Shown: positions 8,114-17,750 of the stretch, piece after piece | Layout: every line of letters begins with the position of its first letter | Numbering within the stretch: the first letter of the stretch is position 1 | From: a virus | Virus record (IMG/VR): IMGVR_UViG_3300021478_000022 | Location: 14,688-78,687 of that record | Strand: one strand, 5' to 3' | DNA: 64,000 nt | The notes under the pieces: model-generated | Database searches by the model: none | Told to the model about the DNA's origin: nothing | The model's input: the letters and a program-made list of their open reading frames with translations, nothing else | Translations under genes and position numbers: made by a program

Positions 8114-8460
8114 AGCGCCCTCTTCAAGAGTTCAAACACGGCACCACTCTCGATGTCCTGTGGAGTGCATCGCAGCACCAGCCACCCTGCGAGCTGCGCC
8201 TCGTTCATCTTCTCCATGTCGCTGATGAAACCCTTACCGCGCACGTGCCTCCCGCTCGTCCACACCCCACCATCGACCTCCAACGCAACCCGTCTAAACG
8301 CTTCGTGGTAGTGCTGCCCCCAAGCAAAGTCGAACCGCCACTGCCTGACCTCGTGGAATCTTACCTCACGATCAGGCTTCTTTATCCCATGCGCCAAGCA
8401 CATCGCCTCGAACATGGGGTACGGTTTGCCGAAGGTCGTTTTCGCTCGTGCTGGCATCAT
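8107..8460 (-). CDS. PD-(D/E)XK endonuclease-like protein (Vsr/DUF559-like)
   Basis: EVRFH..RQWRFDFAW...VALEVDGG.W..GRH...DMEKMNEA...GWLVLR. Confidence 0.8.
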   Translation of the reverse strand: MMPARAKTTFGKPYPMFEAMCLAHGIKKPDREVRFHEVRQWRFDFAWGQHYHEAFRRVALEVDGGVWTSGRHVRGKGFISDMEKMNEAQLAGWLVLRCTPQDIESGAVFELLKRALC

Positions 8461-8813
8461 CCATCCCTCCGCACTTCCAACCCCCTGCGCGTCCGCAGCA
8501 GACGGTAGATTTCCAGTTCCACCTGCTCCGGTGTGCGCCCCTCACGTCCCGCCACAATCTCCAGCAACTTTGCCTTGGGCAGGGTCCCCGCCTCTGCCTT
8601 GATGTGGCAAGCGCAATCGAAGGCCGACCCCAGAGCGATGAGGTTGATGGGGATGTCTAGACGACTGCCACCGCCCAGCCCGCGCTTCTTGATGTGGTGC
8701 GGCTCACGACGACGGCAGGGCTTGCCGCAACCTTCGCATCGGCCGGGGCCTCGAAAGAGGTCGAGCATGGGTTCGTCTATGACGATCATCAGGCCCATCC
8801 TGTTCCGCCGCAT
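8457..8813 (-). CDS. HNH-like nuclease
   Basis: CxxC...EPHHI...D...NLIAL...CH. Confidence 0.65.
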   Translation of the reverse strand: MRRNRMGLMIVIDEPMLDLFRGPGRCEGCGKPCRRREPHHIKKRGLGGGSRLDIPINLIALGSAFDCACHIKAEAGTLPKAKLLEIVAGREGRTPEQVELEIYRLLRTRRGLEVRRDG

Positions 8814-8980
8814 TCGGGGCAGTCAAAACAAATACGACCGTTGCCTTCCCACGCACACGTCGTTTGCCCGGTGCCATCACAGAAGTCGCATTCGATCAGC
8901 ATTTCGTATTCTTCTGGTTGGTCGGGCGGGTCATCGTATTCCGGTGGACGCTCCCATGCCTCGTTCATTTCTTCCTCCAA
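8789..8980 (-). CDS. small Zn-finger protein (CxxCxGxG repeats)
   Basis: CDFCDGTG, CPECGGTG. Confidence 0.6.
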   Translation of the reverse strand: MEEEMNEAWERPPEYDDPPDQPEEYEMLIECDFCDGTGQTTCAWEGNGRICFDCPECGGTGWA

Positions 8981-9210
8981 GCCGCTTGCTTCTCAGGGCA
9001 CCAGTTCTCGGGCGCATGGTTTTTCTTGCAGTAGTAGCACCTTTTGTTGTTCCGATGCCGTGCCGCGACCTTCTCTTTAATGTGCTCGATGGCGTGGTGC
9101 AAATCGGCCCAGTCCTCTTCCGTCCAGTCGTTGGCATCGCGCGGCAGCCCCTCGACGGTCATTCGCTTCTGGTTCTCACGCCGCGCAGCCTTTTCCTTCA
9201 TGCCGTTCAT
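8965..9210 (-). CDS. hypothetical protein, paralog of 23966-24145
   Basis: Shared EGLPRDAxDWxEEDWxDLH motif. Confidence 0.65.
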   Translation of the reverse strand: MNGMKEKAARRENQKRMTVEGLPRDANDWTEEDWADLHHAIEHIKEKVAARHRNNKRCYYCKKNHAPENWCPEKQAAWRKK

Positions 9211-9213
9211 TGG

Positions 9214-9399
9214 TCAATCCTTCAGGATTTTCAGGCTGAATTGCAGGCCCAGCGTCTTGAGCAACTGCCGTTTCAGGTTAGGCGAATCGAACTGCTCCTG
9301 CGTGACATCGTACATGGCTTTGATTAGCTGATCCACCGTCGCCCTTTGCGCGAAGACGTGCAGCTTCAAGACCAGTTCTTCCGGGGTCGGTGCGTTCAT
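9214..9399 (-). CDS. hypothetical protein
   Basis: 61 aa, ATGA coupling. Confidence 0.5.
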   Translation of the reverse strand: MNAPTPEELVLKLHVFAQRATVDQLIKAMYDVTQEQFDSPNLKRQLLKTLGLQFSLKILKD

Positions 9400-9728
9400 C
9401 CCGCAATCCTCTTGGCCAGTCGGTCCTGCATCTCCGCCAGCCCATCCATGCGCTTCTCCAGCACGTCCAGATCCTTGTGCACCTGATCCACCAGCGACCG
9501 CACTTCCGCTGCCGTCTCGCGTGCCTGCGCCTGGACGCTGCTCAGCACAACCATGATCCTTGAGGTGCAGTCCTCCACGGCGGACAAGTCGAAGACCTTG
9601 CCCAGGGCCTCGCGTAGCTGCTCCGGGTGCAGTTCCGCAGCGATGCCGATGACCACGGTCAGCACCTCGGATAGCTGGCGCTGGTTGGCCTTGCAGGCTG
9701 CCAAGAGGAGGTCGTCTTGAGCGGTCAT
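9396..9728 (-). CDS. coiled-coil hypothetical protein
   Basis: Start reassigned to MTAQDD, overlapping the helicase stop. Confidence 0.55.
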   Translation of the reverse strand: MTAQDDLLLAACKANQRQLSEVLTVVIGIAAELHPEQLREALGKVFDLSAVEDCTSRIMVVLSSVQAQARETAAEVRSLVDQVHKDLDVLEKRMDGLAEMQDRLAKRIAG

Positions 9729-11335
9729 GCGCGCTTTCGCCTCACGTACTGCGGGAACAACTCTGCCACAGGCGTTTTCCATTGTCCGCGTGCTGGCACG
9801 TTCGGCAGGTTCCGTACTTCCCACGGCATGACGCCAAACTCCTTCTTGAACATCTGCGCCGCCATGCCAGGAGTCCGCCCCATGTTCGCAGAAATGGCCA
9901 TGCACCTGTGCCATTCTCGCACCATAGCCTCATGCACCACCATTTCGTTCTCGCCGCCGCTGACCTCAACAAGCTGTCCGTTCTGCACGGCCTCCCTCTT
10001 GGCTTGCCTTGTTTGCTCGGACAGCTTGTGGCCGCAAGCCGGGCAAACCAGCCCGGAGAAGATGGCGTGGCACTTAGGGCAATGCACGAGACCTGCCCTG
10101 CCGTCCTTGGGCTTCACCCTGTCCTGTATCTTCTCCCCTTCCTTCAGTTGCCAGTCAATGTCAGCATCGGGAAGCCCGTGGACGTAGACATTCCCGGAAT
10201 GGTCAATCAGGATCGCATCGGTCTTGCCATCCGCTGGGCGTTGGATTCGTCCAGCACGCTGGCGGAACTTGACGTAGCTCTTGGTCGGACCAGCGTCGAT
10301 GCAGCACGAGGCGATGGGACAATCGTAGCCCAAGGTGAGCACGTTGCAGTTCACCAGGATCATCGTGTCGCCCATGCTGAACCGCTCCAAGATGGCGTCC
10401 CGTTCTTCGTCAGGCGTCTTGCCGTCGAGGTGCTCCGCTTTGATCCCGGCTGCGAGAAACTGGTCGCGAATGTGCAGGCTGTGCTCGATGCCGCTGGCAA
10501 ACGCTATCGTCTTGCGACCTGCCGCCAGTCGCTTCCAATGCTCCACGATGTCGCCCACCAACTTGGGCTGATCCATCCGCTTCTCTAGAGGTCGTGGCGC
10601 GTAGTCTCCAGTCGCCTTGGAGGTCGGCACGCCCTTTAAGTCCGGCCTGTAGGGGGCAAAGACCTTCGTCGGCACAAGGTAGCCGTCTGCAATCAGCTTG
10701 GACGTCGGCACGGCCTGCACCATCCCCTTGTAGGCCATGCCCAGCGGCTTACCGTCCCCGCGCGCCGGCGTGGCGGTCAAACCGATCACCACGGCATTGG
10801 GGAAATGCTTGAGGAGGAAGAACCACGTCTTACTCAGGCTCAGGTGGCATTCGTCCGCGATGATGAGGTCGAACGCTGGCAGCGGGATGGCTAGTTGCTC
10901 CAACCGCTGGATCTGCTCTCTGGCCTTTTCGGTGAAGTGCATCTCCAGATCGGTCGCCCCTTCAATCGCCTTCTCTATGGCTTTGATCCGGCCGGGCAGC
11001 CGGAAGGCACGCGAGATGAGCGTGTCCTTGCTGGCCACCTGCACCAGCTTGTCGAGATTGTAACCGTGGCCAGCCATGATGATGCCGTGCTCGACGTCGA
11101 ACCGGCTGAGCTTGTCCGAGCACTGGTGAATGAGTTCGCGGGACGGAGCCAGGAACAGGCAGCGCTTGCCCTTGTCGGCGCACCCCTTGATGAGCATAGC
11201 TGCCATCACCGTCTTGCCGGCCCCTGTCGCTGCTTGCAAGATGACCCACTTCTCCAGGCGCCGCTGGATCAAGTCGGCCAGAACCCGCCGCACCCGCTCG
11301 ACGGTATCGACCTGATAAAAGCGTGGGACGATCAC
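9725..11335 (-). CDS. superfamily 2 (DExH) DNA helicase with C-terminal Zn ribbon
   Basis: Q motif RFYQ, ATGAGKT, DECH, TAT, QRAGR, CPKC...CPAC. Confidence 0.92.
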   Translation of the reverse strand: MIVPRFYQVDTVERVRRVLADLIQRRLEKWVILQAATGAGKTVMAAMLIKGCADKGKRCLFLAPSRELIHQCSDKLSRFDVEHGIIMAGHGYNLDKLVQVASKDTLISRAFRLPGRIKAIEKAIEGATDLEMHFTEKAREQIQRLEQLAIPLPAFDLIIADECHLSLSKTWFFLLKHFPNAVVIGLTATPARGDGKPLGMAYKGMVQAVPTSKLIADGYLVPTKVFAPYRPDLKGVPTSKATGDYAPRPLEKRMDQPKLVGDIVEHWKRLAAGRKTIAFASGIEHSLHIRDQFLAAGIKAEHLDGKTPDEERDAILERFSMGDTMILVNCNVLTLGYDCPIASCCIDAGPTKSYVKFRQRAGRIQRPADGKTDAILIDHSGNVYVHGLPDADIDWQLKEGEKIQDRVKPKDGRAGLVHCPKCHAIFSGLVCPACGHKLSEQTRQAKREAVQNGQLVEVSGGENEMVVHEAMVREWHRCMAISANMGRTPGMAAQMFKKEFGVMPWEVRNLPNVPARGQWKTPVAELFPQYVRRKRA

Positions 11336-12207
11336 GGCATGGCCTCCAGTTCCACGTCTCTCCACTGCGGGACAAATCCGCAGTTCCTGCACTCCCCACA
11401 CCCTTTCCCTTCACACTTGCGATGCACGCAAAATGGCTTGCACAGACCAAGATGCCGTGCCGCCGTCTCTAGTGCCGGGACGATCTCGCTCAGGAGCGCC
11501 CACGGGTACAGTGTCTGATTGTTCTTGAGGTGCTTGACCCATGACTCCAGGCGATCAACGCAATCGCTCAGGAAGGGGTCGCCAAACGTGTCGCGGAGCT
11601 TCTTGGGCAAAGTGTAGCCCTTGGCGTCTCGCGCCTCCTCAGCGGCCTTCTGGGCGGTTTCCTCGGCCTCTGTAGGAGGTTCCCAGGATTCACCCGCATC
11701 GGGAGGAACGTGTACCTTTTTGGGTGCCTTTTTCGCCTTTTGGTGCACTCCGTTGGTGCCCACTACGGTGCCGTTTTTAGGCGCAGGTGCGCACCCCCCC
11801 TGCGCACCCACAAGTTGAAGATCATTACGTACTTGCGACTCGCTGATTTTTTCGGCTTTGGCGATAACCCGCAAGCTTTCGCCATTCCGTCGCCGCGCGG
11901 CTACTCGCTCAACCCGCGCCTGTTTTTCAGCGTCCGTTTGGTGCCTCCGGTCATCGTTCAGGCTTTCAGCCATCGCTATGGCTTCCGTCTCGGTGCCGAC
12001 AAAGTGAACCGTTGGGAATGTCTGACCCAATTCCCCACACAACTCGACACGATGCTTGCCGTCGATGCACCAGACTGAACCATCATTGGGGTTCTTCCAC
12101 AATACCACCGGCATACGGCACTGAAGTTTTTTGATGGAAGCCTTGAGCTTGGCTCGCTGCTGGGGAAGAAGTGGGTCAAACGTCGCGCAGATGGGGTGAA
12201 ACTGCAT
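11332..12207 (-). CDS. ParB-like N-terminal domain protein with HTH
   Basis: FHP...LKASI...PVVLW...IDGKHR...SLN..RRH; HTH SLRVIAKAEKISESQV. Confidence 0.7.
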   Translation of the reverse strand: MQFHPICATFDPLLPQQRAKLKASIKKLQCRMPVVLWKNPNDGSVWCIDGKHRVELCGELGQTFPTVHFVGTETEAIAMAESLNDDRRHQTDAEKQARVERVAARRRNGESLRVIAKAEKISESQVRNDLQLVGAQGGCAPAPKNGTVVGTNGVHQKAKKAPKKVHVPPDAGESWEPPTEAEETAQKAAEEARDAKGYTLPKKLRDTFGDPFLSDCVDRLESWVKHLKNNQTLYPWALLSEIVPALETAARHLGLCKPFCVHRKCEGKGCGECRNCGFVPQWRDVELEAMP

Positions 12208-12471
12208 CGCATTCCCTCGCAAGAAAGAGACGCGCGCCCCTGGTTCAATCCGACCTGGCAGGGAAAGATGTGCCAGCGGGCGCGCGTGTTTCGTGTTGTT
12301 TCGACCTGCCAAGTGAAAGAGGAGTATCACCGCAGGCATCACCCATGTCAAACAGAATCTTCATCATCCTCGGGCCACGGCAGACCCAGCCCGGCGACCT
12401 TGTAGATCGCCCACACGATGAAGGCCGCGATCAATGCAAGGCCCATGATGCAGTCCATTGCCAGACCTCCG

Positions 12472-13554
12472 CTAAGCCACCGCGCTGAACACCTTCAGGT
12501 TCTGGTCGAACGTCAGTCCCTGCTCGGACGCCAGCGACTCGAATGCGCCCCACACCGCCTTGGCCAGCACCGGCTGGTAGTCTCCGGGGACAGTCTTGGC
12601 CAGCGCATTGAGCGCGTCCAAATCCTGGCAGGTGGTCAGCGCCTTGTTCCACTTGGCCATCACTTCGCCCGCATCGTACTTGACCGGCTTGGCCTCTTCC
12701 TTGGGGAGGAGCCCCCGGACGTGCAGGATGCACTTGCCTAGTGCTTCGGCCGGGAACTCCATCCACGATTCGGCCTTAGCCTTGGCCTTCCACCGCTCCA
12801 GCGTCTCCTCGGGGATCTTGACCACTTCGAGGAGGTCGGTGAGTTCCTTGACCTGCTCAGGGCTCGCCATGACGATCTCCTGGCGCACGCCCTCCAGAGG
12901 GTAGCCGTGGATCTTGACGAAGTTCTCCAAGGTGAACGGGAACCGCGCCGGGACCTTGCCCCGAGCGTCCTCCGGGTCCCTGCGCCACTTGAACACGCGG
13001 CATTCCTTCGGGAAGTGATCGAGGTTGCCGTCGTTGTAGACGTGCAGTACCTGCATGAAGTCCGCTTCGATCTTCTTCGCGGCGTCCGCTTGATCGCCGA
13101 CCACCTTCTCATCTTCCCACTTGCCCTTGAGGTGTGCCGTGCAGATCAGATGGAAGTCGCCCCAGCGCACCAGCTCCCTGACCTTTCGCCATTCCTTGGC
13201 TGCTTTGTCTCCGGCAGCCCCGAAGTCTTTAATCATCTTCGGATTGTGCCGGATCACCGCCTCTTGATGCAGCGTGCTCAGGTGGTCGATGGCCACGGTG
13301 GTCATCTTAGCCATCTGGCCCCGGCGCTTGCCCATCTCCTCGATCACGTCGATGTAGGACCCCACCTCGACCCGCACTGACCCGTTCCGTGCGATGCGGG
13401 CGTCAGCGTAGGCCAGTCCCCCTCCGATGTCGGTGTCGAAGATTAGCGCGTTCTTGAGGCAGGCGACGTTGAAGGACTTGCCACTGCCCGATTCGCCGGC
13501 CCAGAGGGCAATGACACGCTCGGGCTTCACCACAGGTTCTTGCTTTTTCGTCAT
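12472..13554 (-). CDS. AAA-family ATPase (AAA_24/Sak4-like recombination protein)
   Basis: Walker A GESGSGKS, VAIDHL, ICTAH; upstream of the helicase. Confidence 0.75.
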   Translation of the reverse strand: MTKKQEPVVKPERVIALWAGESGSGKSFNVACLKNALIFDTDIGGGLAYADARIARNGSVRVEVGSYIDVIEEMGKRRGQMAKMTTVAIDHLSTLHQEAVIRHNPKMIKDFGAAGDKAAKEWRKVRELVRWGDFHLICTAHLKGKWEDEKVVGDQADAAKKIEADFMQVLHVYNDGNLDHFPKECRVFKWRRDPEDARGKVPARFPFTLENFVKIHGYPLEGVRQEIVMASPEQVKELTDLLEVVKIPEETLERWKAKAKAESWMEFPAEALGKCILHVRGLLPKEEAKPVKYDAGEVMAKWNKALTTCQDLDALNALAKTVPGDYQPVLAKAVWGAFESLASEQGLTFDQNLKVFSAVA

Positions 13555-13733
13555 GGCTGTTTCACCCCGCCGGCGTACCGGCTCCACAGGTAGCACACAC
13601 ACCTCGACCTTGCTCCATCGTCCATCCCGTCCAAGGCGCGGATGATCTGGCCGAGCTGGCGCAGTTCCGGGTCCAGTCGGCGGTTGCCGCCTTCGGGTTC
13701 TTCGGTCTCGGGTTCTTGCACGTCGTTGCTCAT
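13551..13733 (-). CDS. hypothetical protein
   Basis: 60 aa, coupled on both sides. Confidence 0.55.
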   Translation of the reverse strand: MSNDVQEPETEEPEGGNRRLDPELRQLGQIIRALDGMDDGARSRCVCYLWSRYAGGVKQP

Positions 13734-13969
13734 TGCTTGACCGCCTCGTAGTGTCTCTCCCTGCCGAACTGCCGACTGCGTGCCAGCCCGAACCGTTCGA
13801 GCGCCGCCAGCCGGTTGAGAACCGCCGTGGGGTTCGCGTTCATCTCTTTGGCCAACGCCGTACCTGTCACTTCACCCCGCTTACGCAGAGCCTTCAAGGT
13901 GACGGCGTAAACCCCAGTCAGTTCAATCTCGCCACGACCGCCGCAGCGAGAGCATTTGATCTTGGCCAT
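13730..13969 (-). CDS. winged-HTH transcription regulator
   Basis: TGTALAKEMNANPTAVLNRLAALERFGLA; first gene of the operon. Confidence 0.75.
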   Translation of the reverse strand: MAKIKCSRCGGRGEIELTGVYAVTLKALRKRGEVTGTALAKEMNANPTAVLNRLAALERFGLARSRQFGRERHYEAVKQ

Positions 13970-13975
13970 GCGGGT

Positions 13976-14059
13976 ATTATTTCATGTCTCTCACAAAAGT
14001 CAATGAGATAGCCGAAAAAACATTCCCGGCTTGACCTATGGGGCTACCCTGATTAGTCT
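13976..14059. promoter_or_regulatory. divergent sigma70-type promoter candidates
   Basis: Plus strand TTGACC-17-TAGTCT (14031-14059); minus strand TTGACT-16-AATAAT (14003-13976), 6 nt before the ATG (leaderless). Confidence 0.55.
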
Positions 14060-14512
14060 TGTGGGTGGAAAAAGAAAAACACCGCCGATCTGAGTTCAGC
14101 TTCTACTGAACAGGATCGACGGTGGAAGAATCAACCACAGGCATTGTACGTAAAGCCACGAGGCAGTGCAATGCTTGCTACAATTCTTCACTTTCTCTTC
14201 CCGTAGCTGCAAGACGTGGATACCGGCAAAACTCCGGCAGCGTGAAAAACTCGCGCGGAGAGGCCCACGGACTACGTACCTGCTGACAGGCCAAAAGCGT
14301 CGCGCCTCCAACCCGGCCACATGAGACGACAGCGGGGAGGGCGATGTCCTCTACCGATGGCCCCAGCCTCGGCACGGCTGCCTGCGGCACACATTAGGGG
14401 ATTCTCTGCGCGCTTCCCCGAAGGGTCCGTGCGAAGCGAAGCGGTAGCACGTTGACCACTAGCGCGCCGCGCGTCAGTAATCAAAAACCGCCCCGAAAGA
14501 GAGAAGTGTTTC
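14060..14512 (+). ncRNA. candidate structured non-coding RNA or long leader
   Basis: Downstream of the + promoter; hairpins at 14080-14124 and 14141-14174 plus further short stems; no convincing ORF. Confidence 0.35.
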
Positions 14513-14752
14513 ATGTCTCGGAAGAAACGCCGCTGTGCCACGATTGACCGAGAAGAACTGCTGGACATGCACCAAGAGGCAATGGTCTATCGCACGCTGG
14601 GACTTCCCGAAGCGAACTCGCTGGTCTGTTCGGTAGGAGCCTGTCTAGGGAATTGGCCGCGTGTCCGGCGAGTGAAGGTAGCGGAGTTGAGGCGTCGAAT
14701 CGGTGACTTCAGGCGGCTGTACGAAAAGCATCGGGTTGGGGTCCGGGTCTAG
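14513..14752 (+). CDS. hypothetical basic protein
   Basis: 79 aa; only plausible + ORF after the promoter. Confidence 0.45.
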   Translation: MSRKKRRCATIDREELLDMHQEAMVYRTLGLPEANSLVCSVGACLGNWPRVRRVKVAELRRRIGDFRRLYEKHRVGVRV

Positions 14753-14857
14753 GGCCTCCTCATCAGAAACCCCAGGTCCCATCCGGACCCCGGCGCCCCT
14801 TCCCGCAACAAGCGGGTGCCAGCGCTGGACACTCGGCAGGGCGCGCTACCCGAAGAC

Positions 14858-16153
14858 TCACTCGACTTCGTGGGCTTCGACCGCAGCCGTCTGCTCTGGC
14901 ACCACGTCGTCCTTCCCGACCGGGATATTGACGGGCGCCGTGAACTGCACCTTCCGGCCGGCTGGGACCGCGCGGGTGAAGTTCAGGGTAAACAGCTTGG
15001 CAGACGGCGGTGTGCCACCACCTCCACCAGGGGGTCCGCCACCCGGAGGGGTGCTGCCGCTAACCAGAGCCGATACGAGCGTTCCCAAGGGCCTTCCCAG
15101 CCCGGTGCACGGATCTGGGCCTACAGTGGCGTTAAAGCCGCTGTTGTTGCCGCTGGTGATGTCCAGGAACGATCCTGTGTTGCTCCAGAGCAGGGGGTTC
15201 ATCTGGGCTATCATCGGCATCCCGATTTTGACTCTGGCCCCGTTGATGACACAGAAGAGCCCAGCGATCAGCGGTGCCACGGCAGAAGTCCCACCGATGG
15301 GTTCCCACTGACCATTAATCAGCACCATCCACCCCGTCGCTGGGTCAGCATTGGCGGCGAGGTCGGGGTCCATCAGCATGGTTCCCTGACTGTTCGGAAG
15401 CTGGTAGCTTGGTCGCGGGTAGAACTTGGAGAATCCCCCGCCCGTACCTTCACCGGGACCGTCGTTCCATACCGTCTCAGGACCTCCCAGCGGCTTGGAG
15501 GTGCCACCGCAGCCGGTGATGTAGGGGCTGCACGACGGGAAGTCGGTCGTTGGGCTGCCCTCGCCATCGTTGGCCAGGTTGTCGCCGGAAGCAGCCGTGA
15601 TGGGGAACGGGCAAGACTGGGCCGAGCTGTCGACGGCAGTGCGGTCGCTGGCGTTCCACTGGTCCTCCGGGCTGCCCCAACTCCACGAGAAGGCGCCGAC
15701 CTTGAGACCGAGTGTCTGCGAGGCATAGTCTTGGCAGTCCGCGAACGCTTGCCCGCTGTTGGGACCATAGACGATGAGAATGTTGGCTGGCGTCCCGGTC
15801 ATGTAGGACCAGACCGCTGCCGCCAACTGCCAATCGAGGGCCACCTCGCCATCAGCATCAGACGAAGAATCGTCGGCACCGGGCAACAGATGGGTCTTGA
15901 CGGTCGGTGCCGCGAACCCCGTCTTGGCGGACCACTCAGCAAGGTCGGCTGGGTAGAACTTGCCGCCCAGTTCCCCGATCACGATGGTCAATGGCGTGAC
16001 TGCCGTCCCGGTAGGCCAGTTGTATGCCTTGAGCAGATCGGCGGGGTAGTAGGGCTGCGAGGCGGCATGCGGTCGCCTGATCTGGGTATTGGCGAACCGG
16101 CGGATATGGGACTTGGCGAATGGCGTGCTCAATTCAGGCTCCTTGTTAGGCAA
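14858..16153 (-). CDS. S53 (sedolisin/kumamolisin-like) peptidase without pro-domain
   Basis: EVALD (Glu/Asp of the triad), AASGD oxyanion, GGTSAVAP nucleophile, Ca-site DPCTGLG. Confidence 0.9.
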   Translation of the reverse strand: MPNKEPELSTPFAKSHIRRFANTQIRRPHAASQPYYPADLLKAYNWPTGTAVTPLTIVIGELGGKFYPADLAEWSAKTGFAAPTVKTHLLPGADDSSSDADGEVALDWQLAAAVWSYMTGTPANILIVYGPNSGQAFADCQDYASQTLGLKVGAFSWSWGSPEDQWNASDRTAVDSSAQSCPFPITAASGDNLANDGEGSPTTDFPSCSPYITGCGGTSKPLGGPETVWNDGPGEGTGGGFSKFYPRPSYQLPNSQGTMLMDPDLAANADPATGWMVLINGQWEPIGGTSAVAPLIAGLFCVINGARVKIGMPMIAQMNPLLWSNTGSFLDITSGNNSGFNATVGPDPCTGLGRPLGTLVSALVSGSTPPGGGPPGGGGGTPPSAKLFTLNFTRAVPAGRKVQFTAPVNIPVGKDDVVPEQTAAVEAHEVE

Positions 16154-16334
16154 ACACCTTCATAATGTCGGCGAAGATTGTGGCCCCTTCCGAAAGATCC
16201 TTGCTGCGCAAAGCTGTCACAGCAAGAGACACCGCTTGGAGTTTCAGTTCAGCATAGACAACGGACGACGTGTCTTGATGTTTCATTTGCTGCTGGATAA
16301 TTCCCATCTGCTTGGCAAATTCTACTGGGTCCAC
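16146..16334 (-). CDS. hypothetical protein
   Basis: AAGGAG RBS, 62 aa. Confidence 0.5.
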   Translation of the reverse strand: MDPVEFAKQMGIIQQQMKHQDTSSVVYAELKLQAVSLAVTALRSKDLSEGATIFADIMKVFA

Positions 16335-16610
16335 GTCTCAGTCTCCTTCAGGAGTTATCAGCTCCTTGGTGTAGGTTTTTTCTATTGCTGCCTTATACTC
16401 ACCGGCAGTAATTACACCTTTTTCTATGAGCAGCGACACCAGAGCATCAAACCTGATATTAGCGTAGTCTGGGGCTCCATCATCGAGAGAGGGCATTGGA
16501 TCAGTCTCCCTATCGGTCGTACCTCGTGAACGGTTCGGTGACGAGCCCCCACAGAATAGCGGGGACAATGATCCACGGGCTCGATTCGATCAGCTCCCAC
16601 ATCGCGCGGA

Positions 16611-16793
16611 TCATGCGTCGCTCTCTTGAACTTCAATCGTGACGCGGACAACCTGTCCTACCTTCAACTGACACCCTGCAATGTGCTCGCCGGAAAGGTT
16701 CAACTGCTCGCCCTTGAACTTGGGTGCGGTGCCAACTTGGCAAAGCTGCACCTCGTCACCGGCAGCGTAGATTACCTCATAATCGCGCGTCAC
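16611..16793 (-). CDS. hypothetical protein
   Basis: GAGGTG RBS, 60 aa. Confidence 0.5.
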   Translation of the reverse strand: MTRDYEVIYAAGDEVQLCQVGTAPKFKGEQLNLSGEHIAGCQLKVGQVVRVTIEVQESDA

Positions 16794-16803
16794 GGTTCAC
16801 CTC

Positions 16804-16844
16804 AAAAAGCCGGCCGGGGCCTTACCATCCGTATCCCGGCCGGC
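16804..16844 (-). terminator. intrinsic terminator
   Basis: 10-bp GC stem GCCGGCCGGG/CCCGGCCGGC followed by TTTTT. Confidence 0.7.
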
Positions 16845-16863
16845 ATCCTCGACAACGTGTCGA

Positions 16864-17088
16864 TTACGAGCCTGTACCGCCCACACCGGGCAGAGTCGGG
16901 CTAGTGCCACCACCGCCAAAGATGCCGCCAAGGCCACCGAGGACTGGACCCAGGAGACCGATCAATGTCTGGATCAGCGCCAGCCACTGCGCCAGCGTCA
17001 GGTTGGGATTGGCCGCTGCGGTATCCATTGCATCAACGTGGGCCTTGAGGGCACTTACGGCGTTCTTTGTTGCTGCATGAGCGTTCAT
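16864..17088 (-). CDS. small membrane protein with Gly-rich tail
   Basis: MNAHAA start; hydrophobic WLALIQTLIGLLGPVLGG. Confidence 0.6.
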   Translation of the reverse strand: MNAHAATKNAVSALKAHVDAMDTAAANPNLTLAQWLALIQTLIGLLGPVLGGLGGIFGGGGTSPTLPGVGGTGS

Positions 17089-17167
17089 AGTCTGCCTTTC
17101 AAAGTGGAAGAGGAGGAGCCGGTCCCAGATTCTCGCAAAGGTGGGAGACCGGCTCCCGTGGGAAGGG

Positions 17168-17548
17168 TTAGAACCGACGAACTGTGTGGATAAATCCACC
17201 ACGCGGACCGACAATCAGCGATTCACGAGAGAATCGCTGACCTCCGACAAAGAACGGGCTGACGCCGTAACCACCAAAGCCACCGTAAACGCCGAAGGGG
17301 CTGAACCGGCTGCGGAACGCCGAACCGAAGTAGCCGCCATATCCCGCGCGGAAGGCGAAGTTGGCCCCGACCCCGCATCCGGTGTATCCCGTAGCGAAGT
17401 AGGTCGGCGGTGTCACGTCCACCACGACCGGCGGCGCGGTCTGCACCTGCTGCTGGGTGGTCGTGGTCTGGGAGAAGAACGAACTGGTTTGCGCGTCGGC
17501 GATGCCGGGCAGGCACGCCAGGAGGGCAATAGCGAGTAGCTTACGCAT
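17168..17548 (-). CDS. secreted Gly/Phe-rich protein
   Basis: Signal peptide MRKLLAIALLACLPGIADA. Confidence 0.65.
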   Translation of the reverse strand: MRKLLAIALLACLPGIADAQTSSFFSQTTTTQQQVQTAPPVVVDVTPPTYFATGYTGCGVGANFAFRAGYGGYFGSAFRSRFSPFGVYGGFGGYGVSPFFVGGQRFSRESLIVGPRGGFIHTVRRF

Positions 17549-17732
17549 GTGAAGTCTCCTTAACAAATTGTTCGACGAACCACTGTCGCTTTATGTTCAA
17601 ACTCTCGTGTCCGGTATCGTCGACAAACTGCATCAGGCCCCCCGACATGGTCGCGGTTACTGTAACCAGGCGACCGGTTTTGCGGTGGCGCCAGACTTGG
17701 TCAATACCGAGTAGCAACGGTTGCTCGTTCAT
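17541..17732 (-). CDS. hypothetical protein
   Basis: 63 aa. Confidence 0.45.
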   Translation of the reverse strand: MNEQPLLLGIDQVWRHRKTGRLVTVTATMSGGLMQFVDDTGHESLNIKRQWFVEQFVKETSHA

Positions 17733-17750
17733 TTCTTCACCCGTAGGTTG

